Below, piece after piece: positions 18,183-28,150 of a DNA stretch of 33,988 bases; the stretch's first letter is position 1, and each line of letters begins with the position of its first letter. The notes beneath the pieces were generated by a model, which did no database searches, was not told the DNA's origin, and saw only the letters and a program-made list of their open reading frames with translations. Source of the DNA: Armatimonadota bacterium (GTDB lineage Bacteria; Armatimonadota; Zipacnadia; Zipacnadales; UBA5352). A program made the position numbers and the translations under genes. The stretch lies in the NCBI GenBank assembly GCA_034722055.1, contig JAYENL010000159.1:1-33988 (forward strand). The letters are read 5' to 3'.

Positions 18183-18878
18183 ATGCGAACTGCGATCGAA
18201 ATTGCCGGCAGTCGCGGAGCGCACTGGTGTGCTCTGCCCGCCGACACGCGCGGCTTCACGCTGGTGGAGCTGCTGGTGGTTATCGGCATCCTGGCGATCC
18301 TGGCGGGACTGCTCTTCCCCGTGTTCGCCCGCGTGCGGGAGAAGGGCCGGGCGGCGTCCTGCCTCTCCAACCTGAGGCAGGTGGGGATGGCGACCGCCAT
18401 GTACACGGAGGATGCCGGCGGCGTGTATCCGCCTCGCTTTACGGTGCTGGGGGAGACCTACTGGTGGGACCTGGTGGACCCCTACGTCCGAGAGCCCGAG
18501 GTGTGGTACTGCCCCAGCGAGGGCGAGCGCGCGCCCGACCTGCGCCACTACGGGCTCAACTGCTACGACCGATGGCCCGATGACGCCAGGTTCGAGGTGG
18601 GAATCAGCGGCACCCCGCTGGCGGAGGTGCGCGATCACGCCGGCACCATCGTCATCGCCGAGGCCGACCCCGACGACGAGTTGGAGCGCACGCCTCCCTA
18701 CCCCACGCCCTGGGACATCGGCGGCAGCCAGAGCGGGCACTGGGCGTGGCCGCTGACCAGCCTGGCCGAGGACCGGCACAACGGCGGCTTCAACGCCGGC
18801 TACCTCGACGGGCACGTGAAATGGCTGCCCAACGCCGACCGCGGGGACGCCGAATGGTCGCTGGAGGCGGAGGGCTGA
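18183..18878 (+). CDS. Prepilin-type N-terminal cleavage/methylation protein with H-X9-DG C-terminus (DUF1559-like)
   Basis: RG|FTLVELLVVIGILAILAGLLFPVFARVREKGR..SCLSNLRQ, WYCPS, RHNGGFNAGYLDGHVKW. The ORF-track extension back to 17340 looks non-coding. Confidence 0.92.
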   Translation: MRTAIEIAGSRGAHWCALPADTRGFTLVELLVVIGILAILAGLLFPVFARVREKGRAASCLSNLRQVGMATAMYTEDAGGVYPPRFTVLGETYWWDLVDPYVREPEVWYCPSEGERAPDLRHYGLNCYDRWPDDARFEVGISGTPLAEVRDHAGTIVIAEADPDDELERTPPYPTPWDIGGSQSGHWAWPLTSLAEDRHNGGFNAGYLDGHVKWLPNADRGDAEWSLEAEG

Positions 18879-18931
18879 CAGGTCCTCAGCAGCCGCGCGG
18901 CTAATCCCCATGTACCGTCACCACTCACTGT

Positions 18932-19015
18932 GTGCTGCCGGGCATCGACCCCGGCCGCCCGGAGGTCCTGTACGCGGGCAGCACCGGCGGGCTGTGGCGC
19001 AGGCGCATGGACTGA
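18932..19015 (+). pseudogene. Possible 3' stub of a BNR / beta-propeller protein
   Basis: Reads VLPGIDPGRPEVLYAGSTGGLWRRRMD*, matching the IDPxxPxxLYAGTxGGxxR blade motif; its stop overlaps the next gene's RBS. Confidence 0.45.
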
Positions 19016-19025
19016 GGTGAGGGGC

Positions 19026-19439
19026 GTGAGGCGCGAGGACCTGGTCACCCACGAGAAGCAGCTCCACTCGCTCCGGGACGTCAAGGAGGGCTATCGCCAG
19101 CTCGGCATCCGCGTCGAGCACGAGCGGAGGTCCGTGCCGGTGCACAACCTCATCGCCACCCAGAACGGCATCGAGGAGGCGAAGTACGAGATGGTGCGCG
19201 AGCTCATCGAGAAGGGAGAGCTGGACGTCCCGGTGCTCGTCGAGGAGCATTACGTGGATGGGGGCTACCGGCGCTACCTGATCGACGGGCACACCAGGGT
19301 GCGCGCCTTCATCGACCTGGGGGAGCGCTCCATCGAGGCCTTCGTTGTGTGGTCGCCGGCGGGCGACTGGCCGTCGAACTTCGTGCAAGTTGCCGCGCAG
19401 TATGGGAATGCTCTGGTGAAGGACCTGCCGATGATCTGA
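19026..19439 (+). CDS. Small stand-alone ParB/sulfiredoxin N-terminal-domain protein
   Basis: VHNLIATQ, VPVLVEE, YLIDGHTRVRA; GAGGTG RBS before GTG 19026; no HTH. Confidence 0.75.
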   Translation: MRREDLVTHEKQLHSLRDVKEGYRQLGIRVEHERRSVPVHNLIATQNGIEEAKYEMVRELIEKGELDVPVLVEEHYVDGGYRRYLIDGHTRVRAFIDLGERSIEAFVVWSPAGDWPSNFVQVAAQYGNALVKDLPMI

Positions 19440-19648
19440 GCTCCGGGCACCGCAAACCCCCCGGCGCGGCGATGGCCTGTAGAGAACCTCGTGCGCAGAT
19501 CCTCTTCAGCCGGGTCACGGGCGGCGGCGCGCCGATTCCCGCCTGAGGCGCTCCACGGGCGAAGGAACCATCGGCCGCGGCCAGGAATAAACTATTGATG
19601 CGACTGTGTCTTCTCGGTGAGCGGCGCGCCGCTGAGAGAGGTGCCTAC

Positions 19649-20572
19649 ATGACTGCAAGGACTGCGGCCGTGCTGTGCGCGGCGCTGATGGGGACGCCGA
19701 TGGCGGCACAGGACCTCCCCGTCGTCGGCGAGAACCTGGTCACCAACGGGTCCTTTGAGCAGAGTCCCGTCGGACCAGTGGCTGCGGGGGAGGTGCCGGA
19801 GGGCTGGTGGCGAGAGGCCTACGGCGCCGACGGGCAGCTCGAGATCGTGGCCGGCGGCGCCCCGGGTCAGGGCCAGCGCTGCCTCACGATCTCAACCGAC
19901 CCTCTCAACAGCAGCTCCGGATTGCACGGGGAGCTTGTCCGGATCGATCCCGCGAAGGCCTATCTGCAGAGCGGATGGGCGCGGGTGGAGCCGCCCGGTG
20001 CAAGCAGCGGCCTGATGCTCGGCCGGCAGTGGTTCGACGCCGAGCAGGAGCCCCTCGCGCAGGAGCACAGCCGCAGCTACAACTACGTCGCCACCCACCT
20101 CTCCCCCGAAGGCTGGGCCTCCTACGAGCAGCTCCTCATCCCCGACCGGACCCCCGACGACGGGCGCTTTGCGGCCAACGAGATCCCGGCCGGCGCCCGG
20201 TACCTGCGCGTGTGGGCGATCTGCTTCCAGTGGGCCGGCGAGGGGTACTTCGACGGCCTGGCGCTGCACGAGGTGGACTATGCCCGCATGGCGCGGGAGC
20301 GCATCGCCGGGATGCTGGAGGAGGCCAACGCGGCGGCGACCCGCGCGGAGATCGAGGCGGCGCTGCACGAGCTGCCGAAGGACACCGAGGCTGCCGAACG
20401 CGCCCGGGAGCTGCTGGGCGAGCTCAACCGTCTGCGCAAGCGACTGGAGGGCGAGGGTCAGCCGGTCAGTGAGTGGATCGCCGACGAGCAGCGTGCGCCC
20501 GAGCTGGTGGAGGAGCTCGACGATGTGCGCTGGAGGCTGAAGATCGAGGCCCTGCTGGGCGAGGCTGGCTGA
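19649..20572 (+). CDS. Secreted CBM4/9-like protein with C-terminal helical domain
   Basis: Signal peptide; NLVTNGSFE...PEGW...YLQSGWAR...GEGYFDGLAL; helical tail ending LDDVRWRLKIEALLGEAG. Confidence 0.75.
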   Translation: MTARTAAVLCAALMGTPMAAQDLPVVGENLVTNGSFEQSPVGPVAAGEVPEGWWREAYGADGQLEIVAGGAPGQGQRCLTISTDPLNSSSGLHGELVRIDPAKAYLQSGWARVEPPGASSGLMLGRQWFDAEQEPLAQEHSRSYNYVATHLSPEGWASYEQLLIPDRTPDDGRFAANEIPAGARYLRVWAICFQWAGEGYFDGLALHEVDYARMARERIAGMLEEANAAATRAEIEAALHELPKDTEAAERARELLGELNRLRKRLEGEGQPVSEWIADEQRAPELVEELDDVRWRLKIEALLGEAG

Positions 20573-20607
20573 GCCGGGCACATGGTTGTGACGAGGTGAA
20601 GATGATC

Positions 20608-21693
20608 ATGCGAACCCGATCCGTGATTCTGCTTGGCGCTCTGCTGGCGAGCGCCGCAGCGACCGCCGACGAGCAGATACATTCCGTGAAGCCGACCGTG
20701 GCCGCAGTCTGTGTCATGAGCTCGCAGCCCGTCGAGGTGGACGGGCGGCTCGATGACGCCGCCTGGGAGGCGGCGGTTCCGGTGAGCGGCTTCACCATCT
20801 CCGGCCTCGAGGCGCTGGCGCCGAACCAGACCGCCTTCAGAATCCTGCGCGACCGCGATGCCCTCTACATCGGCGTGCGCTGCCTTGAGCAGAACATGGA
20901 CGGGCTTGAGGCCACTGTCGCGAATCGCGACGGCTCCGTGTGGCACGATGACGTGGTGGAGCTTTTCCTGGACACGAACCACGATCACGAGAGCTTCAAG
21001 CAGTTCGCGGTGAACCCGCTTGCCACGCGCTTCGACTCCGACACCGGCTCCCGCACCTGGGACGCCGAGTGGCAGGCTGCAGCGGACACCGGCGAGACCG
21101 GCTGGGGCGTGGAGGTGCGCATCCCGTTCGCGTCCCTGAAGGTGGAGCCCCCGGCGGCGGGGGACGTCTGGGGCCTCAACGTCTGCCGGGAGCGCCAGGC
21201 GGGCGGGGAGACGGTGCTGCACAACTGGGCCAACGTGCAGGGGAACTTCCTGCGACCGTGGCTCTTCGGACACCTCTACTTCGCCGGCGAGGATTTCAGG
21301 CTCAGCGAAGAGGTCGCCCGCGAGATGGGAGAGCGCATGGAGGTGCCGGTGTGGCTGGGTCTGCGCCGGGAGCGGGCGCTGGTTGACGCCCGCGGCGTGC
21401 AGCAGCAACTGGCCTACGCGGACCTGCTGCGCCGCTCCTTCCAGCAGGCCGGGGAGCTGCGCGAGATCCACGCCGAGCTGGCCGCCATCTACCAGGAGAG
21501 CCCGCAGGGCGCCTACCGTGAGCGCTTCGATCCGCTGCACGAGCAGTATCTGAAGCTGCAGCGCGCATCGCAGGAGCTGGACGTGGGGCCGCTGGAGTGG
21601 GCGGCTCAGACCGTGATGATCGATGATCTCACGGGGCAGCTCGAGGACCTGAGGTGGACGGTCAAGATCGCCCGGCTGCTCGGCGACTTCTGA
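20608..21693 (+). CDS. Secreted CBM9-like sugar-binding protein with C-terminal helical domain
   Basis: Signal peptide; VDGRLDDAAW, LYIGVRC, VWHDDVVELFLD, QFAVNP, WGVEVRIPF, WGLNVCRER; tail LEDLRWTVKIARLLGDF. Confidence 0.85.
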   Translation: MRTRSVILLGALLASAAATADEQIHSVKPTVAAVCVMSSQPVEVDGRLDDAAWEAAVPVSGFTISGLEALAPNQTAFRILRDRDALYIGVRCLEQNMDGLEATVANRDGSVWHDDVVELFLDTNHDHESFKQFAVNPLATRFDSDTGSRTWDAEWQAAADTGETGWGVEVRIPFASLKVEPPAAGDVWGLNVCRERQAGGETVLHNWANVQGNFLRPWLFGHLYFAGEDFRLSEEVAREMGERMEVPVWLGLRRERALVDARGVQQQLAYADLLRRSFQQAGELREIHAELAAIYQESPQGAYRERFDPLHEQYLKLQRASQELDVGPLEWAAQTVMIDDLTGQLEDLRWTVKIARLLGDF

Positions 21694-21743
21694 GTTCCGT
21701 GACTCTCAGCCGAGGCTCGACGCACCGATGGGAGGAAGACCCC

Positions 21744-24700
21744 ATGACCCGCACGCGCAGTGCGATCACGATAGCCGCAACGCTGCTGCTGGCCGCTCCC
21801 CTGGCGGCCCAGCAGGAGTGGCACGTTCCAGAGCTTGTCGAGGCCGACCACGTCTACTCCATGGACTTCGTCACCCCCCACGTGCAGTGGCTCAAGCCGC
21901 TGCCCGGCGGTCCGGCGAAGGTCCTGTTCTTCGTGCGCGCCAAGGGCACGCCGGCGCGCGAGATCGCCGAGGTGGCCCAGCGGGCGGCGATCGAGCCCGA
22001 GATCGTGTACTTCGACCGCACCGGCAACGAGGTCGCCGGCGGCGAGCCGGGCATGGACAGAGCGCTGCGACTGATCCGGGAGGGCCCAGACGCCTACGTC
22101 CTCGGCAACGTGAGCTTCGACGCGCTCTCCGGCCAGGCTCAGTACTACCTTCTCGAGGAGGTAGTGAAGCGCGGCGCGGGGCTGGTGGCCTTCGGTGCCA
22201 TGCCGGAGATCGCCTTCACCGACGAGAGGGCCCTGGCCGAGCCGCCCCCGGAGCTGCTGACGGGGCTGCCGCTGGCGTCGCTGCCCAAGGGTCGGGAGAT
22301 CGCGTCCGGGCTGAACCTGTCGGCGCCGACCGATGCGGAGCTCATCGACGCCATGGTCACGCGCTATCGGCTGGGCGAGGGCCGGGCGCTGGGGATCAAC
22401 TACCGCGCCGGCACCCTGGCCCTCACGCCGCGCCTGGACTTCAGCTACGAGGCGCTGCAGGAGTACGAGTACTGGGCCGCCTTCGCTGCCAAGACCATCG
22501 TGTGGGCGGCCGGGCGGGACGCCGGGGTGTCTCTCGCCGACTGGCCGGACCGCCCGCTGGCGATGCACCGGAGGGATCTCCCGGCGGAGGTAACCGTGTC
22601 GGCCATGAGCGGCCTGCCGGAAGGGCGCGGGCTGAGCGTCGCAGTGGCGGTGCGGCGGGATGACGGCCGGCGCATTGACCTGGGGCGCTACACAGCCGAG
22701 ACGGCGCGCGGGGAGGTGGCCTCGGTCTCCGTGGAGCTGCCCGCGCTCCCGGCGGGCACGCACCATCTGGAGGTCCGTGTGTCCACCAGCCGGGGGCAGG
22801 AGACCTTCGGCGTCCTGCCGCTGGATGTGACCTCCGCCCGGGGGATCGAGGGCGTGACGCTGGCAGCCGACTTCGCGGAGGTTGGCGAGATCATTGAGGG
22901 CACCGTGGCGATGCGAGGTCAGGCCTTTACCGCGGATGAGCGGCTGGAGGTGCGTCTGCGCGACGGCGAGGGCCGCGTGGTGGCCGCGAGGATGATGGAG
23001 CCCGCGGCCGGAGAGCTGCCGTTCAGCTTCGAGGTGCCCCGGTTCCGCACCATCCTCATGCGGGCGGAGGCAGCGCTGATTGACAGCCGCGGCGAGGTGG
23101 ATCGGGAGCATGCCACCTTCACCGTCCCGGACCGCAATCGCGGCCAGTTCAACTTCGTGATGTGGAACTTCCCGCACGGTGTGCTGGGCTACTGGGGTCT
23201 GCGGAGCCTGAGGGACAACGGGGTGACCACGATCCTCAGCGGCGGAGGCGAGCCGTCGCCGGAGATCGCCGCGGCAGACCTGCCCTATGTGCCCTACACC
23301 ACCCGGATTCTGGAGGAGATCGGCGAGGACGGCGTCATGCAGCCGGTCTGCTGGAACAACGAGCCGGAGGTTACCGAGCACATCCAGGAGATCGCAGACA
23401 AGTACGTGGGCGCGCGCCGGCACGGCGTCTACGTCTACTCCCTGGGCGACGAGAACAACACCTGGGGCGCCTGCGCGCATCCCGAGTGCCTGGAAGCCTA
23501 CCGGCAGTGGCTGCGCGGCCAGTACGAGAGCATCGAGGCGCTCAATGACTCCTGGGGCAGCGACTTCGGGACCTTCGACGACATTGAGCTGTTCGAGCCG
23601 GGCGACATCAACGAGCAGGCGGCGCTGAACGCCGGGCACGTGGCGCGATGGTACGATCGCCAGGCCTTCAAGCGCTACAACTACGCCCAGTATTGCGGGC
23701 GCTATGCCGAGATGTACCGAACGCTGGACCCGCTGGCCATAACGGGCTTTGAGGGCGCAGGGCGCTTCGGCGACGACTACCACGAGATCATCCAGCGGGT
23801 GGGCTTCTGGGGTCCCTACCCCGGCATCGGCGACGACCTGATCCGCTCTCTGGCCCCCCGGGAGCTGATCACGTCCAACTGGATGGGCTACCGCCGCGAG
23901 GCACCCCCGATGGTGCAGCGGATGTGGCGGATGATCAGCAACGGATACCACGGGGTCTGGTGGTGGCGATGGGACAACATCGGGCGGTTCCACGGCTTCC
24001 TGGCCCCGGACCTGCATCCCTGGGATGACACCAGCCAGGTGGTCATTGACGAGATGCGCGACCTCGTGGATGGAGTGGGGACCATGATGCTGCGGATGGA
24101 CATGCCCCACGACGGCATCGGCCTGCTCTACTCCATGCCCTCGGCCTTCGCCGATGAGCGATCTCCGCACCACAGGACCTCGCCCATTGTCCTGGCTCAC
24201 AACGCCTTCCTGGAGGCCACGCAGGACCTCGGCTACCAGGCCCATTACCTCTGCGACGATACGGTGCGCGATGGCGACCTCACGGACGGCGATGAGCGGG
24301 CGCTCATCCTGCCCATGGGCCGGGCGGTTCCCGATGACGTCGCCGCCGAGATCCGCCGCTTCGTGGACGGCGGCGGGCTGGTGATCGCTGACCTCCGACC
24401 CGGCGTCCGCGACGGCCACTGCAAGCGGCGCGAGGCGGGCGTCCTCGACGACGTCTTCGGCATCCGCCAGCGTCCCCTGGCCCAGGATCGGCCGGAGCTG
24501 GAGGAGCGAACTGTGAGCCTCGATGCGGCGCTCGGCGGCCGGCACGTGGAGCTGCCGCTGCAGACGCTGGTGGACCCGGCGCTGGAGCTGGACGGCGGGG
24601 AGGCGCTGGCTGACAGCGACGGCGTGCCGCTCCTGGTCGTGAACCGCTTCGGCGAGGGCACGGCGGTGCTGCTGAACTTCGCCATCAACTCCTACCTGGA

Positions 24701-25319
24701 GCTTCGGGAGGAGATGGCGGAGCTGCCGGTGCGTGAGCTGCTCGGCGCAATCTACATGCTGCATGAGATCGAACCGCCCTTTGAGCAGAGCGGGGACGGC
24801 GGGCCGCTGCGCTGGACGGAGACGGTCCGCTGGGAGGCACCGGGCGTGACCATCATCGGGCTGTTCCGCACCGCCGGCGAGAACGGGCCGGCGACCACGG
24901 TGCTGCCCCAGGCCCGCTACGTGTACGACCTGCGCCGCGACCGCTCCCTGGGCGAGACGCGGCGCATCTCGGCGCCGCTGCGGGTGGGCTTCGCGAACCT
25001 CTATGCCGTCACCGAGCGGCCCATCGGCGAGGTGGTCATCTCGCTGCAAGATGACACGGTGGCGCCGGGGGAGAGCGTTGAGGGCGTGGTGCGGACGCGG
25101 GGCCGTGGCCAGGCCCTGCTGCCTGTGCGGGTGCGCGTGTTCCGCCCGGACGGCAGCGAGGAGAGCTGGCCTCACCGGGTACTGATGGCGGAGGACGGGA
25201 CGGCGCCGCTGTCGATCCCCATGGCGCTGAACGCCCAGCCCGGCACGTGGCGGATCGCGGCCCGCGAGGTGCTGTCGGGACAGGCCGCGGAGGTGGAGGT
25301 AACGGTCGCGGCCAAGTAG
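21744..25319 (+). CDS. Large secreted GH42 / beta-galactosidase-like protein with trimerization-like and C-terminal Ig-like domains
   Basis: GGAGGA RBS and signal peptide; TPHVQWLKPLPGG, YSLGDE, YRQWLRGQYESIEALNDSWGSDF, IRRFVDGGGLVIAD, ALNAQPGTWRI. Confidence 0.82.
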   Translation: MTRTRSAITIAATLLLAAPLAAQQEWHVPELVEADHVYSMDFVTPHVQWLKPLPGGPAKVLFFVRAKGTPAREIAEVAQRAAIEPEIVYFDRTGNEVAGGEPGMDRALRLIREGPDAYVLGNVSFDALSGQAQYYLLEEVVKRGAGLVAFGAMPEIAFTDERALAEPPPELLTGLPLASLPKGREIASGLNLSAPTDAELIDAMVTRYRLGEGRALGINYRAGTLALTPRLDFSYEALQEYEYWAAFAAKTIVWAAGRDAGVSLADWPDRPLAMHRRDLPAEVTVSAMSGLPEGRGLSVAVAVRRDDGRRIDLGRYTAETARGEVASVSVELPALPAGTHHLEVRVSTSRGQETFGVLPLDVTSARGIEGVTLAADFAEVGEIIEGTVAMRGQAFTADERLEVRLRDGEGRVVAARMMEPAAGELPFSFEVPRFRTILMRAEAALIDSRGEVDREHATFTVPDRNRGQFNFVMWNFPHGVLGYWGLRSLRDNGVTTILSGGGEPSPEIAAADLPYVPYTTRILEEIGEDGVMQPVCWNNEPEVTEHIQEIADKYVGARRHGVYVYSLGDENNTWGACAHPECLEAYRQWLRGQYESIEALNDSWGSDFGTFDDIELFEPGDINEQAALNAGHVARWYDRQAFKRYNYAQYCGRYAEMYRTLDPLAITGFEGAGRFGDDYHEIIQRVGFWGPYPGIGDDLIRSLAPRELITSNWMGYRREAPPMVQRMWRMISNGYHGVWWWRWDNIGRFHGFLAPDLHPWDDTSQVVIDEMRDLVDGVGTMMLRMDMPHDGIGLLYSMPSAFADERSPHHRTSPIVLAHNAFLEATQDLGYQAHYLCDDTVRDGDLTDGDERALILPMGRAVPDDVAAEIRRFVDGGGLVIADLRPGVRDGHCKRREAGVLDDVFGIRQRPLAQDRPELEERTVSLDAALGGRHVELPLQTLVDPALELDGGEALADSDGVPLLVVNRFGEGTAVLLNFAINSYLELREEMAELPVRELLGAIYMLHEIEPPFEQSGDGGPLRWTETVRWEAPGVTIIGLFRTAGENGPATTVLPQARYVYDLRRDRSLGETRRISAPLRVGFANLYAVTERPIGEVVISLQDDTVAPGESVEGVVRTRGRGQALLPVRVRVFRPDGSEESWPHRVLMAEDGTAPLSIPMALNAQPGTWRIAAREVLSGQAAEVEVTVAAK

Positions 25320-25472
25320 CCGGTGCCGCGTGCTACGCAGCGCCGCGTGCGTCTGGTCTTGGGCTGACGGGGCCTGCGGCGGAGATGGGCCGGCACCCGG
25401 CGGGCAGAGTGAGGCGGGGCGGGCGGGCCACACCCCGACCGCCCCGAGTCTGAGCGCCGCGCCTGCCCCAGG

Positions 25473-27191
25473 CTAGCTGGCGGCCGGCACCTCCTCGACC
25501 TGACGGGCCTCGGCGGTGCCGGCCTCCCCCCGAGACGCCTCCCCCCGCTCCACGGGGATGTGGAGCGTGAACGTCGAACCGCGGCCCGGCTCGCTGTCCA
25601 CCGCAATCTCCCCCCCGTGCAGTTCAACGATGCGCCGGACTACGTAGAGCCCCAGACCGGCGCCGCGCTCGTCCCTCTCTCGGTCGCCGTCGTCCTCAAG
25701 CTGGGCGAACTTCTCGAATATGATGGCCATCTTGTCCGGCGGGATGCCTTTCCCGGTGTCGGACACTGCGATCTCCACGTGCTCCTTGACGCGTCGTGCG
25801 TCGATGGTGACCGTCCCGCCGGGCTCAGTGTACTTGATGGCGTTCTCGCACAGACGGTGAACGGCGCTTTCCAGTCGGTCGGCGTCCACGGGAATGGAGG
25901 ACAGGTCTCCCTCCACGCCGCCCTCGATATGAATGTCCCTCTTTGTGGCCTTCACACTCATGACACGGCGGACCTTGCGCACCAGCGCGCCCACATCGGT
26001 GGGCTCCAAGTGCAGAGAGGCATCGGGGGCCTCCAGGGACGAGATGTTCAGCAGCTCACCAGCGATCCACAGCAGCCGCTGAGTCTCGCAGTCCACGATC
26101 TCCGCGATCTGGCCGAACTTCTCGTGGCTGAGGCGGTCAGCGAGCGCGCCGAACATGGTGGCCGTCACCCGAAGGGTGGTGAGCGGCGACCGGATCTCGT
26201 GGGAGAGCATCGAGAGACCCTTCTCCTTGACGCGCATGACGGTCTTCACGGGGGTGACGTCCTGGCAGATGATGACATAGCCCACGTTCTCGCCGACGGG
26301 GCCGAAGCATCGCGTGGTGGTGACCCGCAGGTCCAGGATCTCGGGCCCGCGCACGGTCACCTCCCGGACGTGACTGGCAGGGCCTTTTGCCGACCGGATG
26401 ACGTCCCGGAGGATGGGGGCAAGACTGCTCAGCGCTTCGCTCTCAGCGATCTCCGAGGCCCGCTCGCCGACGATGGCGCTGGGCGGCACCCCGGTAAGCC
26501 GCTCAATCTGCCGGTTGGCGACCACTATCCTCCCGCTGTTGTCGAGCAGGAGGATCCCCTCGGACATGTTGCGGATGACCAGCTCGTTGGTGCGTCTCTC
26601 GCGTTCCAGCACCAGGCAGACACCGTGGGCCACCCAGGCGATGGCGGCGACGGCCACCAACATGCCGGCGAGCTCCCAGGAGTTGATGGTGTCGAAGCCA
26701 CGGGCGGCCGCCATTCCCACGTAGGCCATCACGACCAGCGCCGTGACCAGCATCACGGCCGTCTTCATGCGGGAGAAGAGGGCCACGGCGAAGAGTATCG
26801 GCATCAGCAGCAGCGCGGAGAATGGCGAGGCCAGCCCGCCGGTACCCACCATGACCAGGGCCAGCCAGGCGAAGTCACCGATGACGACGACCACCGCCCC
26901 CTGCCCCAGAAAGCCAAGGCGACGCAACAGCAGCCAGTCCGCCTCGTAGCGGGTCCACATGCTGAGGAAGGCGCCCACAATCAGCCCCATGAACAGGGCC
27001 AGGCGGCTGGTCACGAGCTGGGGAGCTGCCAGACCCGCCGCCAGCAGCAGCACCAGCAGCATGATGCGGACGTTGTCCTCGGCGCGGATGATGGAGAACT
27101 CAAAGGGGCGTGAGCTATCACTGTCGGCGTGACTGTCGGCCCAGATCCAGTCGTTGGCCCGCGGCTCAGCGGAGCGTTTCACGACGCTCAC
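25473..27191 (-). CDS. Membrane PAS-domain sensor histidine kinase
   Basis: About 5-6 hydrophobic segments; PAS (NMSEGILLLDNSGRIVVAN); H-box SHEIRSPLT; NAIKYT; DTGKGIP; GAGLGL. Confidence 0.93.
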   Translation of the reverse strand: MSVVKRSAEPRANDWIWADSHADSDSSRPFEFSIIRAEDNVRIMLLVLLLAAGLAAPQLVTSRLALFMGLIVGAFLSMWTRYEADWLLLRRLGFLGQGAVVVVIGDFAWLALVMVGTGGLASPFSALLLMPILFAVALFSRMKTAVMLVTALVVMAYVGMAAARGFDTINSWELAGMLVAVAAIAWVAHGVCLVLERERRTNELVIRNMSEGILLLDNSGRIVVANRQIERLTGVPPSAIVGERASEIAESEALSSLAPILRDVIRSAKGPASHVREVTVRGPEILDLRVTTTRCFGPVGENVGYVIICQDVTPVKTVMRVKEKGLSMLSHEIRSPLTTLRVTATMFGALADRLSHEKFGQIAEIVDCETQRLLWIAGELLNISSLEAPDASLHLEPTDVGALVRKVRRVMSVKATKRDIHIEGGVEGDLSSIPVDADRLESAVHRLCENAIKYTEPGGTVTIDARRVKEHVEIAVSDTGKGIPPDKMAIIFEKFAQLEDDGDRERDERGAGLGLYVVRRIVELHGGEIAVDSEPGRGSTFTLHIPVERGEASRGEAGTAEARQVEEVPAAS

Positions 27192-27395
27192 CTCTGCATG
27201 AGGATTGCGTGTTGGGAACGGCTCCCTGTGGCGTCCAAGCCGACGGGCTCCGGCGCTACGGCATTGCAGGGCTTGAATAGGATATCACATCTACGCCACA
27301 TGTCGCGTGTGGGTTGCGTTAGTCTTGAGGTAGAAACAAAGTAACTGTGTAGAGAAATGCGGGGGGATTCGGCGATGACCGTCACGCCCGTTGCC

Positions 27396-28145
27396 CTATT
27401 GCTCCGGCGGGATGGTATAGCCGTGGCGGAACACGGTCTTGATATACTGTGGGTCGGAGGGGTCGTCCTCGATCTTCTCCCGCAGATTCTTGACGTGCCA
27501 CCGCACCAGACCGCCGTCACCGGTGCCCGGGCTGTAGCCCCACACCTGCTGGAGAAGCTGTTCAGCGCTGAAGACCTCGCCGGCGTGGGACATGAGGTGG
27601 TCGAGGAGATCGAACTCCACCGGCGTGAGGGACACGGCACGATCATCCACAACGGCGCGACGCGTGTTACGCTCCAGTGCCAGCGCGCCGACCTCGATCC
27701 GAGACGGGTCCCCTGTCGGCTCCGGTCTGCCCCCCGCTCGACGCAGGATTGCCCGCACCCGGGCCGCCAGCTCGTCGGTTGAGAAGGGCTTGGGCAGGTA
27801 GTCGTCTCCGCCGGCGTCCAGCCCCTCCACGCGCTGCTCCACCGTGCTGAAGCCGGTGAGGAACAGCACTGGAACGCTGCCGAGGTTCTCATCCTGCCGC
27901 AGCCGCCTGCAGACCTCAAGGCCGTTGACACCGGGCATCTTGATGTCGAGGACGACCAGGTCCGGGCTATGTCGCCGGGCCATGCCGATGCCGTCCAGGC
28001 CGTTGCGAGCAGTCAGCACCTCGTGCCCGTCGTCCCGCAGACGGCGCTGACAGGCGGCAAGAACCGTCTCCTCATCATCAATAACCAGAATGGTGGCCAC
28101 CGGTGCATCGCCCCCGTCAGTTGGTGACTGGTCAGCGGTAGGCAA
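27396..28145 (-). CDS. OmpR/PhoB-family response regulator
   Basis: ILVIDDE, VLDIKMP, FLT, DYLPKPF; winged helix LTPVEFDLL...QQVWG...HVKNLREKIE...IKTVFRHGY. Start may be GTG 28100. Confidence 0.93.
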   Translation of the reverse strand: MPTADQSPTDGGDAPVATILVIDDEETVLAACQRRLRDDGHEVLTARNGLDGIGMARRHSPDLVVLDIKMPGVNGLEVCRRLRQDENLGSVPVLFLTGFSTVEQRVEGLDAGGDDYLPKPFSTDELAARVRAILRRAGGRPEPTGDPSRIEVGALALERNTRRAVVDDRAVSLTPVEFDLLDHLMSHAGEVFSAEQLLQQVWGYSPGTGDGGLVRWHVKNLREKIEDDPSDPQYIKTVFRHGYTIPPEQ

Positions 28146-28150
28146 CTGCG

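Noticed and set aside
21606..25433. 1275-aa minus-strand ORF, and similar long ORFs at 2017..3408, 8622..10265 and 25560..27113
   Set aside because: Antisense shadows of real high-GC genes; no motifs or RBS.
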